DNA from: Candidatus Latescibacterota bacterium
GTDB taxonomy: Bacteria > Latescibacterota > UBA2968 > UBA8231
Direction: 5' to 3'
Assembly: GCA_965200315.1 (NCBI GenBank)
Contig: OZ241362.1
Span: 4,224,001-4,288,000, forward strand
DNA length: 64,000 nucleotides
Positions 19,962 through 29,733 of the stretch are shown here, piece after piece. How positions within the stretch are numbered: the first letter of the stretch is position 1; every line of letters starts with the position of its first letter. The position numbers were made by a program, and so were the translations under genes. The notes under the pieces are model-generated. The model searched no databases. It saw only the letters and a program-made list of their open reading frames with translations, and had not been told where the DNA came from.

Positions 19962-22028
19962 CTAGTACGCCACGCCGACGGTGCGCGTGCTGGCGCTAGC
20001 GCGCGCATCGCCTGCGATGTTGAGTTGGATTAGATAGAGGCCAGGAGTCACGTTCTCACCCTGATCATCGGTCCCGTCCCATTGCAATTGGGGCAAGTTT
20101 TCCGAGCTGTACACGCCGCTCTGTCCTTCGATGTCGAAGAGGCGGCGCACCCGGCGTCCCCCTAGGTCGTAAATATTGACCACAATTTGCCCGCCGTCGA
20201 CTGCGAGGACCTCGCATTCCATGTTTAAGATGTCGTTGATTCCGTCGCCATTGGGCGTGATAACGGACGCGGCGAGGTCAAAGCTACCCACGAGGCTGCC
20301 GCTATTGACGGCTGGACTCAAGACGGTAGTGTCCGACTTAAACGAGATGTCGCCTTCGTCTAGTGAGGTGGCATCGCCGGCTTGGACGCTCTGAAAGGCA
20401 TCTTCTTCCAGCAACAATCCCCGGCCCTCAAAGGCCGTGCTGTACGAGAGGATGCGGCTGACGAAGTGGATCTTCAACACGGTGTTGTGCGCGGCCACCC
20501 GCGGGAAGCGCACCGCAAAGCTGCGCTCCGAGATCGCGGTGATGGCCACGTCGCCCTCGTCGACGACTGCGTCTTGCACTGCCAAGTCGTGCGCTAGCAG
20601 GAACTCGCCTTGCGAGTCGATAATTTCAATGCGCTCGATGCGATCTATGCGGCTGCCGGTGACGAGCTCAAAGCTGTCGAAACCCTGCAAATCCCCGCTG
20701 CCCATCTCGGCGCGCACGGCATAGACAAAGGGAATGTCTGCGGCCGCAGGCACCTCGCGTGGAAAGATCTCGCCGACGAGAACATCGGCCAATGGCGGCG
20801 TTGTGAAGTCAAAGGAAAACTGCCGCAGGATTTTGGCCGATTCTAGGGCGTCGGACTGAAAATCAACCCGGAATTGGAAGTAGCGGCGCGGCCCGGGCGA
20901 GAGAACCAACGCGCCCTCGCTGCCAGTGCCCGCGACCGGATCGTAGGGCGAGGTCCACGGACTCCAATTGGCCAAATCGTCGCGCACGGGACCGCGTTCC
21001 CACACATCGGCGGGGCCTCCTTTAGCCGGCAGATCGAGGTACTCGTCGCGCAAGAGCGGCTGGTCGGGATTATCGACTGAGAAGGAGATTTCCTCAGCGT
21101 CTTGCCGCCCCACTCGCTTGCGAGTATAGGCAAACGGCGACGTGTCGCTGCCGCTGCGGGTGCGGATGTTCATCTGCACGGCGCTCGCCTGCCCAACGGT
21201 CTCCTCCAGCCAGCGCAAGCGTCCCCAATTGGCCGGGGTGCCCATGTCGATGAGCGGCGAAATGTACTGCACGGTGGGGAAGAAGCCCTCGCCAAATACT
21301 TGGAATTTCTCGACCTCAAAGGGGATGGATGAGGTGGCGCGCAGGCGAATGAAGCGCAAAAAGCGCGGCGGGTCGATCTCGATGGTGGCGACCGGATCGG
21401 GGTTGTTGGTCCGCACCGCAAAGCTCTCCCATATGGGATTGCCGGCCTCGGTCAACACTTGGCCGTCGTTGACCTGCAACTCGAAGTTTTTGAGAAAATC
21501 CTCTTGAAAGGGCGTCGATGGCGACGGAAAGACCGTATTGCGCGGGAAGAAGCGGATTTGGTTGACGCCAAAGCGCGCGCCCAAATCGAGCACGAGCAAG
21601 GTGCCCAACACGTCCCGTCCCTTGCGCTCGAAGGCCCCGCCAGAGGGATCGGGCGACACGATCTGCTCGAGGATGTTTTGTAGCTGGGACTCGGCGAGGT
21701 CGAAAACGGTCGGGGCGCGGATGCTGCCGCCGCGCTCGGCGATTTCAGCGGCGAGGTTTTGGCCTTCCTGCACCCGGCGGGGGAGGATGCTGCTGGGAAA
21801 ATCCGCGCTAGAAAAATCGACGAGATTGACTGGTGCGACGCCGATTTCGGTGATGTTGGGATCTAGGGTGGAGCGGTACTCCGGCTCGATGGTTTGCACC
21901 GCAGCCCCGGCCTCCACTTCCCCCCTCCAGCTAATCTGGCCGTCTTGGCCGATGAGCAATACTTGACGCCCTTGCGAATCGCTGCTGTGCAAAAGCATCA
22001 TTGCACCTATGAGAAGCAAGTGCTTCAT
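19962..22028 (-). CDS. Secreted protein with discoidin-like region and C-terminal FlgD-Ig/CHU_C-like domain
   Basis: Signal peptide, DLGARFGVNQIRFFPR, SPGPRRYFQ, TPNGDGIND, IYDLGGRRVR, WDG, PGLY, ends VGVAY. Confidence 0.75.
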   Translation of the reverse strand: MKHLLLIGAMMLLHSSDSQGRQVLLIGQDGQISWRGEVEAGAAVQTIEPEYRSTLDPNITEIGVAPVNLVDFSSADFPSSILPRRVQEGQNLAAEIAERGGSIRAPTVFDLAESQLQNILEQIVSPDPSGGAFERKGRDVLGTLLVLDLGARFGVNQIRFFPRNTVFPSPSTPFQEDFLKNFELQVNDGQVLTEAGNPIWESFAVRTNNPDPVATIEIDPPRFLRFIRLRATSSIPFEVEKFQVFGEGFFPTVQYISPLIDMGTPANWGRLRWLEETVGQASAVQMNIRTRSGSDTSPFAYTRKRVGRQDAEEISFSVDNPDQPLLRDEYLDLPAKGGPADVWERGPVRDDLANWSPWTSPYDPVAGTGSEGALVLSPGPRRYFQFRVDFQSDALESAKILRQFSFDFTTPPLADVLVGEIFPREVPAAADIPFVYAVRAEMGSGDLQGFDSFELVTGSRIDRIERIEIIDSQGEFLLAHDLAVQDAVVDEGDVAITAISERSFAVRFPRVAAHNTVLKIHFVSRILSYSTAFEGRGLLLEEDAFQSVQAGDATSLDEGDISFKSDTTVLSPAVNSGSLVGSFDLAASVITPNGDGINDILNMECEVLAVDGGQIVVNIYDLGGRRVRRLFDIEGQSGVYSSENLPQLQWDGTDDQGENVTPGLYLIQLNIAGDARASASTRTVGVAY

Positions 22029-23968
22029 AAATTTTCCCCGAGAACTTTTTTCGCCAATGCCTTCTGCTCAGCCTCAACTCGCTGCTGGAGCTGGGCGCGC
22101 TGCCTCGCCCGCTGATAGCGCGTCTGTGCGTCCCGCGCCTCGGCGTCCCGCCCCAACTGACTGTATGCCCTGCTCAAGTGGCCTTGGATCCGCCAATTGT
22201 GAGGCTCTAGTTCGGCAAGGCGCAGCCAATGGGGCAGTGCCTCGCCGGGCCGTTCCTGCTCTAAAAGCACCTTGCCGAGCAGAAGCAGTCCCTCGCGGTG
22301 ATCTGGCGCTAGCGCTAGGACTTGCGAAAGCAGCGGCTCGGCGGCGGCTGGTTCGCCATTGTGTCGCAAGAGTGCGGCGGTTTCCACCCGTGCCTGTACT
22401 CCATAGGTCGGGCTGTCTAGGAGCTGGCTATAGGCTTGCTCGGCGCCTGCGATCCGCCCGCTCGCAGCGTAGGCGCGCGCCAGTTGGTAGCGCACTCGGC
22501 TGCTATCTGGGCTCAACGTTAGCAGCCGCTCGTAGGATTGTATGGCCTCGTCGAGCGCACCGCTCGTTAGCTGTGCATCCCCCAAGCTCCCCAGTAGGTT
22601 CTCCCGTTCGCCGCCTGCGACGAGCTGTTGGTAGATTGTGCGCGCTTGTTGGGGACGCCCCACCGCCATGTAGCGATCGCCGAGTGCTTGCTGCCCGCGC
22701 TCGTCGGCGGGCCAGCGCGCGACGAATGCCCGGCTAATGCCGAGTGCTCGCTCTGGTTTGCCGCTGGCGTCGTAGAGCGCCGCCAAAGCCCGGTACACGT
22801 CCTTGGCGGTGCTGCCCGCGGCCAAGGACTGCTCGTACGCGGCGATTGCCGTAGCCGTCATGCCCAACTCCGCATAGGCGCGGCCTAAATAGCGCTGCTG
22901 CGAGGCTTGCGCTGCGCGGTCCATGGCGGGCGTGCTGGCGTTGACCAATCCCGCGATTAGAACCAATCCCACCACGGCGATCCCCCGCCACGCCCAAGAC
23001 AACTGCGCCAGTTGTCCGACCCCGCTCACCGCAAAGAGCAAGAGCACAGGGACCAGCACCATGCGCGTCTCGGCATGAGCACCGTAGAGCGCGGTTCCGA
23101 CCGCGCCGGTTGCGACAAACAGCAGGGCGAGCAAGGCACCCCGCTCCCGAGTCGCCAAGGCAAAACCCACGCCTAGCAGCGCGAGCGGTAGGACCAAACC
23201 AAAGGGAAACGCGAGCCCCCATTTCCACAACAGGGCCGCTAAGACAGCGGAATCGCCGCGCCCGTGGTACATATCCAGCGCGGGCAAGTGCTCCCCGCCG
23301 CGCACGAGGAAGTCGGGCGAGCCGCCCGCACTCGTGGCCACCCCCAAAAAGTACCACAGCGCGAGCGCACCAGCCGTCCCCAATGCACAGGCCCAACACG
23401 CCCGTTGTCTTTCTCCTATCCACAGCCACCACAGTATGGCTGGCGCGAAGAGCGCGACTTGCGGGGCGGCCAACAAGCAAAGTCCCAGCAAAACTCCGAC
23501 TCCTAGGAAAGCCCTCCCATCGCTCTGCTCGTCAGCCCACAAGAGCGCCGCCAACAGCGAAAGCACCAGAAATACCGCGAGGGCCGGGGGCAGCAAGGAG
23601 CCAGTGAAATAGACGGCTGGCCCGTACAGAGCGGCGCACAAAGCGGCGATGAGTCCCGTGCCCGGCCCCCAGAGGGCGCGGCCGATTAGGGCCAATAGCG
23701 CACAACTGGCCACGCCTAGCAGGACTTGGACGTAGCGAGGTGCCAGCCCGATGGCCACGATGCCGCGCAAAAAGAACGGGTACAAGGGGCTGGCAACCGC
23801 GGCCTTCCCCTCCCCTCTAGCGGCTTCGACATAAGGCATGCTCGCCGCGGTCGGCACCTCCAAGAAGGGGCTTTGCTTGACTTCATCTAGGTAGGTCAGG
23901 CGCGGCCAAAGGGCCACCAGCGCGATGCCGATGACGGCTGCGCCGAAATTGTCGTTGCGCCAGATCAC
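22025..23968 (-). CDS. Multi-pass membrane protein, ArnT/PMT-like (GT-C) N-terminal half fused to TPR repeats
   Basis: SPLYPFFL, QVLLG..SC.L...IG..L.G...G..AA...ALY pattern, many TM segments, then repeated LG..Y...G....A...Y TPR motifs. Confidence 0.75.
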   Translation of the reverse strand: MIWRNDNFGAAVIGIALVALWPRLTYLDEVKQSPFLEVPTAASMPYVEAARGEGKAAVASPLYPFFLRGIVAIGLAPRYVQVLLGVASCALLALIGRALWGPGTGLIAALCAALYGPAVYFTGSLLPPALAVFLVLSLLAALLWADEQSDGRAFLGVGVLLGLCLLAAPQVALFAPAILWWLWIGERQRACWACALGTAGALALWYFLGVATSAGGSPDFLVRGGEHLPALDMYHGRGDSAVLAALLWKWGLAFPFGLVLPLALLGVGFALATRERGALLALLFVATGAVGTALYGAHAETRMVLVPVLLLFAVSGVGQLAQLSWAWRGIAVVGLVLIAGLVNASTPAMDRAAQASQQRYLGRAYAELGMTATAIAAYEQSLAAGSTAKDVYRALAALYDASGKPERALGISRAFVARWPADERGQQALGDRYMAVGRPQQARTIYQQLVAGGERENLLGSLGDAQLTSGALDEAIQSYERLLTLSPDSSRVRYQLARAYAASGRIAGAEQAYSQLLDSPTYGVQARVETAALLRHNGEPAAAEPLLSQVLALAPDHREGLLLLGKVLLEQERPGEALPHWLRLAELEPHNWRIQGHLSRAYSQLGRDAEARDAQTRYQRARQRAQLQQRVEAEQKALAKKVLGENL

Positions 23969-23971
23969 TCG

Positions 23972-26641
23972 CTATTCCAATCCTGCGTAGATCGTTATAA
24001 AGGTCTGACTCGTGTACCGCGCCTTGACTTCTTTGAAATCTTCGCGCTCGATGCGCAGCCCGGCTAAGGCGTGGAGGCTGTAACCCAAGTACTGAGACTG
24101 ATTGGTAAACTGAAACGCGCCAGTAATGGAGTTGAAGTCGTTGGCATCGACGTCGAAGTCGTTAAAAATCAGGTACTCGACGCCCGCTTGGAGCCGAGTG
24201 GCTCGCAGGACGCGAGTTTCGACGACAGCCGAAAATAGTTCGTAGAGGCTGGTGGAATGCTCTAGGGTGAAGAGGCTGCGCGACTGCTTGCGGAACTCGC
24301 TCTTCCAGCGCGGCTCCAAGCTCAGCCGGCCCAAGGAATAGCGGTAGCTGGCCTTGTTAATTACCCCAAAGAAGAAGTCCTGTTCGTCTAGTTCTAGGGC
24401 CTGCCGGCGGGTTTCGCTCATTAGCTGGCGGAAGCGCACGTAGTTGACCTTGGTCTGTACGCGATAGGAGGCCGACTGCAAGTTGTGGCCCACAAAGAAC
24501 TGGTTGATCCAAGTGTCGCGGGCCAACAAGGGATCTTCGACCTTGGTCAACTCGCCGCCGCGCAGGGTGTTGTCCGGTGCCCACTGCAAGAGGGGGTTGG
24601 GGATGTCGTCCTCTACCAATTTGCTCATTTCAAAGAAGCGCAAGCGCCCAAAGCGCGGGGAGTTGTTGTCGTACGTCACGAGGGCGTAGGTGCTCTTGTT
24701 TTGCTGGTTTGAGGAGATGAGTTCCTCGCGCAGCGCACCGACCATCACCTTGAGTTGCGGCGTCAGGTCGGCACCGCCGTACACATTGTAACCACGATGG
24801 TCGCGGCGGTAGGGGTAGTCTGGCTCTTCGTCGTTTTCGTACTGGTCGATCCAGAAGTTGTTGTTCATGTCCATTCCGAAGAGGAATTCCGGGCGGTCGG
24901 AATGGAAGCGGAGAAAAGGCTCTTCGTAGTCGGGCACGGCATTGGAGCGCACGAAGTTGTCGTTTTGGTTGATGTCAGGTACGAAGTCGTTGTTTTGGTC
25001 CCAGCCTGGGAAGACTTGGGAATCGCCCTGGAGCCAGTCGAAGCGCACGGTGTCGGGAAATCGGTCTTGGTCGTCGTTGTCTTCGACGAGCTCGACGATA
25101 CCTTCGCGCTCGCTGTCGTAGCGGATCTCGCCCGTGCCCGTGGTGACAAAGGTCCGCGTGTTGTAGAGCGGATCCATGCTGTACGCCTCGCCGAAGACAA
25201 AGAAAGGAGCGGCCTTTTTGGATGCGTTCACCATCCAAGCCGGTGCCCGGCGGCGACCGCCGATGCCGGATGCCGTGTGGTGCTCGTCGCGCAGGACGTT
25301 GGGGTACTTGCGGTAGCTTAGGCTCAGGTCGTATTCGGCGTATAGGTCGAAGCCCTTGTAGTCGCGCAGTTCGATGTTGCCGCCGAAGATGTGGGTCGCC
25401 GTCGGCAGGCCGTACTCGAAGCGGACGGTCTGCAAATTGGTGATGTCTTGCACGTTGCCGTCGGCTTGGGCCACGAGCAGTAGCACGGCTTCTCCGTCGC
25501 GGTTGACTTGGCGGTCGGACGTCATCCAGACCTGATAGTCGTTGCCCAGCACCAGCCGGAACTCGACTTTGACGATGTCCTCTTTGGGAAACGAGGCCCG
25601 ATCGACAAAGGCCGGGCTGTCGAAGTCGTAGCTAAGGCGTATTTCCTCCGGGCCATTGGCGGCGATGTAGCCCTGCTGGATAAAGCCGCCCTCGATGACC
25701 GGCTCGAATTGGATGTCTTTGCCGGCATCGACAGTCCCGTCCTCGTAGGTAATTAGCACGTCCGAGCCGGCCTGAAAGAAGGCTGCCCCACCCGTTCCGT
25801 CGCCTGGAGAATCGTCGCGCAGGACGATCTGAATCAGCGACACGGTCTTGTTTTGGGCCACGGTCAAAGCGCCGGAAAACGGGTTGCCCACTAGACGGTC
25901 TGAAAGCGTGTTCGACTGGTGGGCGTTGACCGCGTGCAGGCCCAATTGCAAGGCGTCGCTGAGCTGGTAGGCGAAGCGCCCGCCAAAGAGCGTGGTGTTG
26001 TTGGTGCGGAGTACTTCTTGGTCTTCAGTTGTTGAGCCGCCTGGATTGCTCAAGCGCGAATAGATGAGCGTCCCTTCGTAGCGGTCGGTGGCGAGGTCGA
26101 ACTGTACGCCGTCCATGCGCGGCTTGGAAAAGACCATCGGCGAGATCACCGAGCGCATCTGTGCGCTCGTCGTCAGGGTGTAGAAGTATTGGCCCTTGGC
26201 GTCTGAGGCGATGACCACGTCGGAAAACCACTGTTGGAAGCGATTGGACTTGAGCAGCGAGTTGCCGAACTGCTGGGGCTTGCTCTGCGAGTTGTTGAAG
26301 ATCAGCCAGCCACGGGTGAGGAAATTGCCGTACAGATCGTAAAAGTAGTCGCCTTCGAGGCTAATATCGACGTAGCGCTGATAGGGGTTGCGGGCGTAGT
26401 TGGTGTACTGCCACTGACGCCACTGGTACTCTTTGTAGAGCTCCTGCGGCACGTACCAGCGGCGCACCGCGGGGTCGAGGACGCCGAGCATGACGTCCGG
26501 CCCTTGGGGCGCAAAAGAGGTTTCGTCGCCTTGTTGCAGCCCGAGGCGCGAGCTGTAATCGACTTGGCCGGCCGCCTCTTGGGCTGCTCCGGCAGCGACG
26601 AGTAGCAAAACGAGGCTTATTCTACTAGTAACAGTGTGCAT
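23972..26641 (-). CDS. Large exported protein, putative outer-membrane beta-barrel with Asp/Asn-rich loops (paralog of 15246-17858)
   Basis: Start placed at ATG 26641 (GGGAG SD, signal peptide MHTVTSRISLVLLLVAAGAA), 889 aa; long blocks shared with paralog (GWDQNNDFVPDINQND, PDYEEPFLRF, LLQWAPDNTLR, LEPRWKSEF). Confidence 0.65.
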   Translation of the reverse strand: MHTVTSRISLVLLLVAAGAAQEAAGQVDYSSRLGLQQGDETSFAPQGPDVMLGVLDPAVRRWYVPQELYKEYQWRQWQYTNYARNPYQRYVDISLEGDYFYDLYGNFLTRGWLIFNNSQSKPQQFGNSLLKSNRFQQWFSDVVIASDAKGQYFYTLTTSAQMRSVISPMVFSKPRMDGVQFDLATDRYEGTLIYSRLSNPGGSTTEDQEVLRTNNTTLFGGRFAYQLSDALQLGLHAVNAHQSNTLSDRLVGNPFSGALTVAQNKTVSLIQIVLRDDSPGDGTGGAAFFQAGSDVLITYEDGTVDAGKDIQFEPVIEGGFIQQGYIAANGPEEIRLSYDFDSPAFVDRASFPKEDIVKVEFRLVLGNDYQVWMTSDRQVNRDGEAVLLLVAQADGNVQDITNLQTVRFEYGLPTATHIFGGNIELRDYKGFDLYAEYDLSLSYRKYPNVLRDEHHTASGIGGRRRAPAWMVNASKKAAPFFVFGEAYSMDPLYNTRTFVTTGTGEIRYDSEREGIVELVEDNDDQDRFPDTVRFDWLQGDSQVFPGWDQNNDFVPDINQNDNFVRSNAVPDYEEPFLRFHSDRPEFLFGMDMNNNFWIDQYENDEEPDYPYRRDHRGYNVYGGADLTPQLKVMVGALREELISSNQQNKSTYALVTYDNNSPRFGRLRFFEMSKLVEDDIPNPLLQWAPDNTLRGGELTKVEDPLLARDTWINQFFVGHNLQSASYRVQTKVNYVRFRQLMSETRRQALELDEQDFFFGVINKASYRYSLGRLSLEPRWKSEFRKQSRSLFTLEHSTSLYELFSAVVETRVLRATRLQAGVEYLIFNDFDVDANDFNSITGAFQFTNQSQYLGYSLHALAGLRIEREDFKEVKARYTSQTFITIYAGLE

Positions 26642-26649
26642 GGTGCTCC

Positions 26650-29600
26650 CTAATAGGCTACCGCGATAAGGTGGGATTGCCGTTGTCCGGCGCTGTCTTC
26701 GGCGTCGGTGTCCACGTCGATCTGGCAGATGTAGAGCCCGGGTGGCACGACGCGGCCGTGGTCGTCCTTGCCGTCCCAAGTAAAGCGCTGGTGCCCGCCT
26801 TGGGCCGTGCCTTCTAGCAGGCGCATGGGCCGGCCGTCGAGTGCCCAAATGCGGACGGCAGCCGGTCGCTCGGCATAGACCTTGAACAGCGAGAACTCGA
26901 TTTGGGCCACGTCGTTTACGAGGTCGCCGTTGGGCGTGAAGGGATTGGGCGCGACCGAGATGTCGGCGACGATCTGCACGGCACCGAGCGCGGCGATCGA
27001 CAGGGTTTGCGAGGGGCGCAGCGCGGTGGCGTCAGCGGCGTCGGCGGGCTGATAGGGCGTGTCGGCCGCTTGGTTGCGCACCGCCACCTTTAGCTTGGTG
27101 CCGTGGAGAAATACCTTGGCCGCAAAGCGCAGGCGCACGAGTTGGCCGTGGCCGACGACCCATCCTCTGGCACGGCCTAGCCGGCCGTACTGGGCCGCGC
27201 TGAGCGTGTCGCCGGCCTCGTCGAAAAGCGTCTGGGTCCCCAAACCTACGACCTTGCGGAAGTAGCGCACGGGCCCTTGGGATTCGGGCGGCAGCTCGTC
27301 GTAGGCCGCTTGATCCACTTCCACTAGCTCCTCTCCGGCAATGCGGAAGTAGCGCACCGCGCCGCGTACCGCGTCTGAGAGCAGGGCATGCGAAGTCGCC
27401 GTCAGGAGCTGGCCGTCGATGCTGGTGGGCACTTCCTCGCCATCGGCTGCCGTGCGGAAGTATAGCTGCGGTAGTTCGTCGGTGTCGCTGAGGGCAACTT
27501 CCGGGAGGCGCACTAGGAGCGAGTCGCCTTGCAGCATCTGGCCGTCGGTGCTTGCCAAGTCCAAGAGCGATTGCGGTGCTCCAGATGCAAACTGTTCCTC
27601 GGTGCCTATTGCCACATCGATAAGCTGCATGTCGAGGCCCGGATCGGCGCTGATGAGCATCTCGTCGAACCCGAGGCTGCGGACCGAAGTGGGCCGCTCT
27701 AAGAACTGAGGTTGGACGAAGACCTCGAAGGTGTCCAGAACCCCCACTTGGGCCTCGGGCGGCCAGACTTCGGCTCGCAGTCCGAGAGCGACGGGAGTGT
27801 GTAGCTCTACGGAGATGCGCTCTAGCGCTGGTGCAATATGGCGGTCTTCGCTGAGCAGGCGGGCCTGGATTTGCATGAACTTGCGCAGGCTGGGCGACGT
27901 TACTTGGTCGCCGGGTTGCTGGTACTGCTGGCTCCAAGCACTCCAGCCTGGGCCTATTGCGAAGGACGTGTCGATTGGCCCTTTGAGGAAGGCGAGGAGT
28001 TTCTTGTGCTCGGCCGCGGTCTTTTCGATGCCATTGCTGTCGTAGAAGCGTATCTGCTGGATGAGTTGGTCGCCGGTGCGGGTGCGAATCTCGACCTTGG
28101 TGCCCGGAGGCGTGTCGGCCTTCCAGTCGATACTGCCCAAGGTCAACAGCCGAGGCAACTCAATCAGATCGGATTGCAGTTCGATTTCCGCGGGTACACC
28201 TTCGGCAAACAGCATGAGTTCGTTGAACTGAGGCCAGAAGCGGTCGGTGCGGTTTTGGGTGTCGCCGATGAAATTGGCCAAGGTCAACAGGTCGAGGAAG
28301 CGCACCTTGCGCACGGGGTTTTGCACATCGTTGAGGTAGCCAAAGAATCCGTGATCGACGTTGGTTACTCGCTCCGGCGGGGTGATGGTGCGCCAGCGCA
28401 GCTTGCCTTGGGCGTCGCGTTCCCCGGTGGACGACCGCATCTGATAGCCGCGGATATTACTACCAGTGACGCGGATTTGGTCCAGCCACACCGTACCGCC
28501 GATGTCGATGGTCAGCACGTTGGCACCTGGGTCGAGGGGGTCTCGGGTGGGTTGCTGATAACGGCTGCTGATATCCCCGTCGAAAGCCGGGGACGGCGTC
28601 TTGCCGGCCGAGGTCAGATTCAAAGTGCCGCCCCCTCCGACTAGGCCGAGGCTGATGTTGTCTCCCCACCCCCACACTTCGACCTCGGCTAGGCGCGGCA
28701 ATTCTCGGCGATAGAATTCTCGCCGTCCGCGGCGCTCCTCCTCCAAGGACTCGTAGGTCTCGGCGTCCACCGGCTCTTCGCGGCCGGCGAAGTCGCGCAC
28801 GAAGTGGACGATGTCGCCGCGTTCATGCGCGGGCAACGCCTCCCATGCGGCTTGGTCGATCTGCTCGGCCCGCCCGCCGCGTGTGTCGGTAATTACGATG
28901 CGGATGGTTTCGATGACCTTGCCGGTCCAAGCCGGGTCGGCACTGCTTTGGTGCAGTTTCTTGACACTGCTGATCCCGCCGGCGGAAACTACGAGGCCGG
29001 GGTTGACCGGGGGCGCAAGGGTTGCTCCCCCAGTTGCGGCGGCACTTTCAAAGAAGAAGGCGCGCTGCTCGGTATTGGGGCCTTCGTGGGGGACGAACAG
29101 CTCAAAGCTAACCTTGCGATCATCGGTAAGCGATAGTGTCTGGTTCCGGGCCAAGAGGAGGAGGTACTTGAAGAACGGATCGCCCAGCCCTTCTTCGACG
29201 AAGCGCACGGAAATGCCCTCCACGGGCACGGCGCGGCCCAGATCGACCTCGACCCACCACTGCTCGATGGGGTCGGCTGGGTCGGGCTCCCAGAAGGTAG
29301 TGGGATCGCCATCTACGATGCGGGCCGCCATCTCGATGTTGGAGCCTGCGCGGCTGACCCCGGGGCGCACGATATAGTCGTACACGAATTTTTTCTGGGC
29401 GTCTTGGATGGGTTGGCCGAGCACATCTACTTTCAGGGTGCTATCCACATTGAGGATGCGCGGGGCTTTGTTGGTGATTACGACCGGACGGGCGATGCTG
29501 GGATCGGCGAGGACGTTGTAAATCGAGCGCAGGTGGCGCGGACGCACCGCGCCCGAGGGGTCGATAGTGGTCAGGTGTTCGGGTTTTTTCCAGTGCTCCC

Positions 29601-29721
29601 AGTGGCTGCGCCCGGTGACGACGATGCGGTCGTCCACGATGTCGTACCCTTGCTGTGCGCTGGCTGGCAGCCACGCCCCCAACAGGCAGTACGCGATGGC
29701 ACCCCATTTTATTTTTGCCAC
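26650..29721 (-). CDS. Large secreted protein with F5/8-type-C (discoidin)-like domains and C-terminal FlgD-Ig/CHU_C-like domain
   Basis: Signal peptide, IVDGDPTTFW...WVEVDLGR, AFDGD, PNPFTPNGDLVND, WDGKD, PGLY, ends IAVAY. Confidence 0.78.
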   Translation of the reverse strand: MAKIKWGAIAYCLLGAWLPASAQQGYDIVDDRIVVTGRSHWEHWKKPEHLTTIDPSGAVRPRHLRSIYNVLADPSIARPVVITNKAPRILNVDSTLKVDVLGQPIQDAQKKFVYDYIVRPGVSRAGSNIEMAARIVDGDPTTFWEPDPADPIEQWWVEVDLGRAVPVEGISVRFVEEGLGDPFFKYLLLLARNQTLSLTDDRKVSFELFVPHEGPNTEQRAFFFESAAATGGATLAPPVNPGLVVSAGGISSVKKLHQSSADPAWTGKVIETIRIVITDTRGGRAEQIDQAAWEALPAHERGDIVHFVRDFAGREEPVDAETYESLEEERRGRREFYRRELPRLAEVEVWGWGDNISLGLVGGGGTLNLTSAGKTPSPAFDGDISSRYQQPTRDPLDPGANVLTIDIGGTVWLDQIRVTGSNIRGYQMRSSTGERDAQGKLRWRTITPPERVTNVDHGFFGYLNDVQNPVRKVRFLDLLTLANFIGDTQNRTDRFWPQFNELMLFAEGVPAEIELQSDLIELPRLLTLGSIDWKADTPPGTKVEIRTRTGDQLIQQIRFYDSNGIEKTAAEHKKLLAFLKGPIDTSFAIGPGWSAWSQQYQQPGDQVTSPSLRKFMQIQARLLSEDRHIAPALERISVELHTPVALGLRAEVWPPEAQVGVLDTFEVFVQPQFLERPTSVRSLGFDEMLISADPGLDMQLIDVAIGTEEQFASGAPQSLLDLASTDGQMLQGDSLLVRLPEVALSDTDELPQLYFRTAADGEEVPTSIDGQLLTATSHALLSDAVRGAVRYFRIAGEELVEVDQAAYDELPPESQGPVRYFRKVVGLGTQTLFDEAGDTLSAAQYGRLGRARGWVVGHGQLVRLRFAAKVFLHGTKLKVAVRNQAADTPYQPADAADATALRPSQTLSIAALGAVQIVADISVAPNPFTPNGDLVNDVAQIEFSLFKVYAERPAAVRIWALDGRPMRLLEGTAQGGHQRFTWDGKDDHGRVVPPGLYICQIDVDTDAEDSAGQRQSHLIAVAY

Positions 29722-29733
29722 GATGGCACCTCC

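Noticed and set aside
26642-26848. 69-codon N-terminal extension of the 958 aa ORF
   Set aside because: Arg/Pro-rich alternate frame of the upstream gene; SD and signal peptide point to ATG 26641
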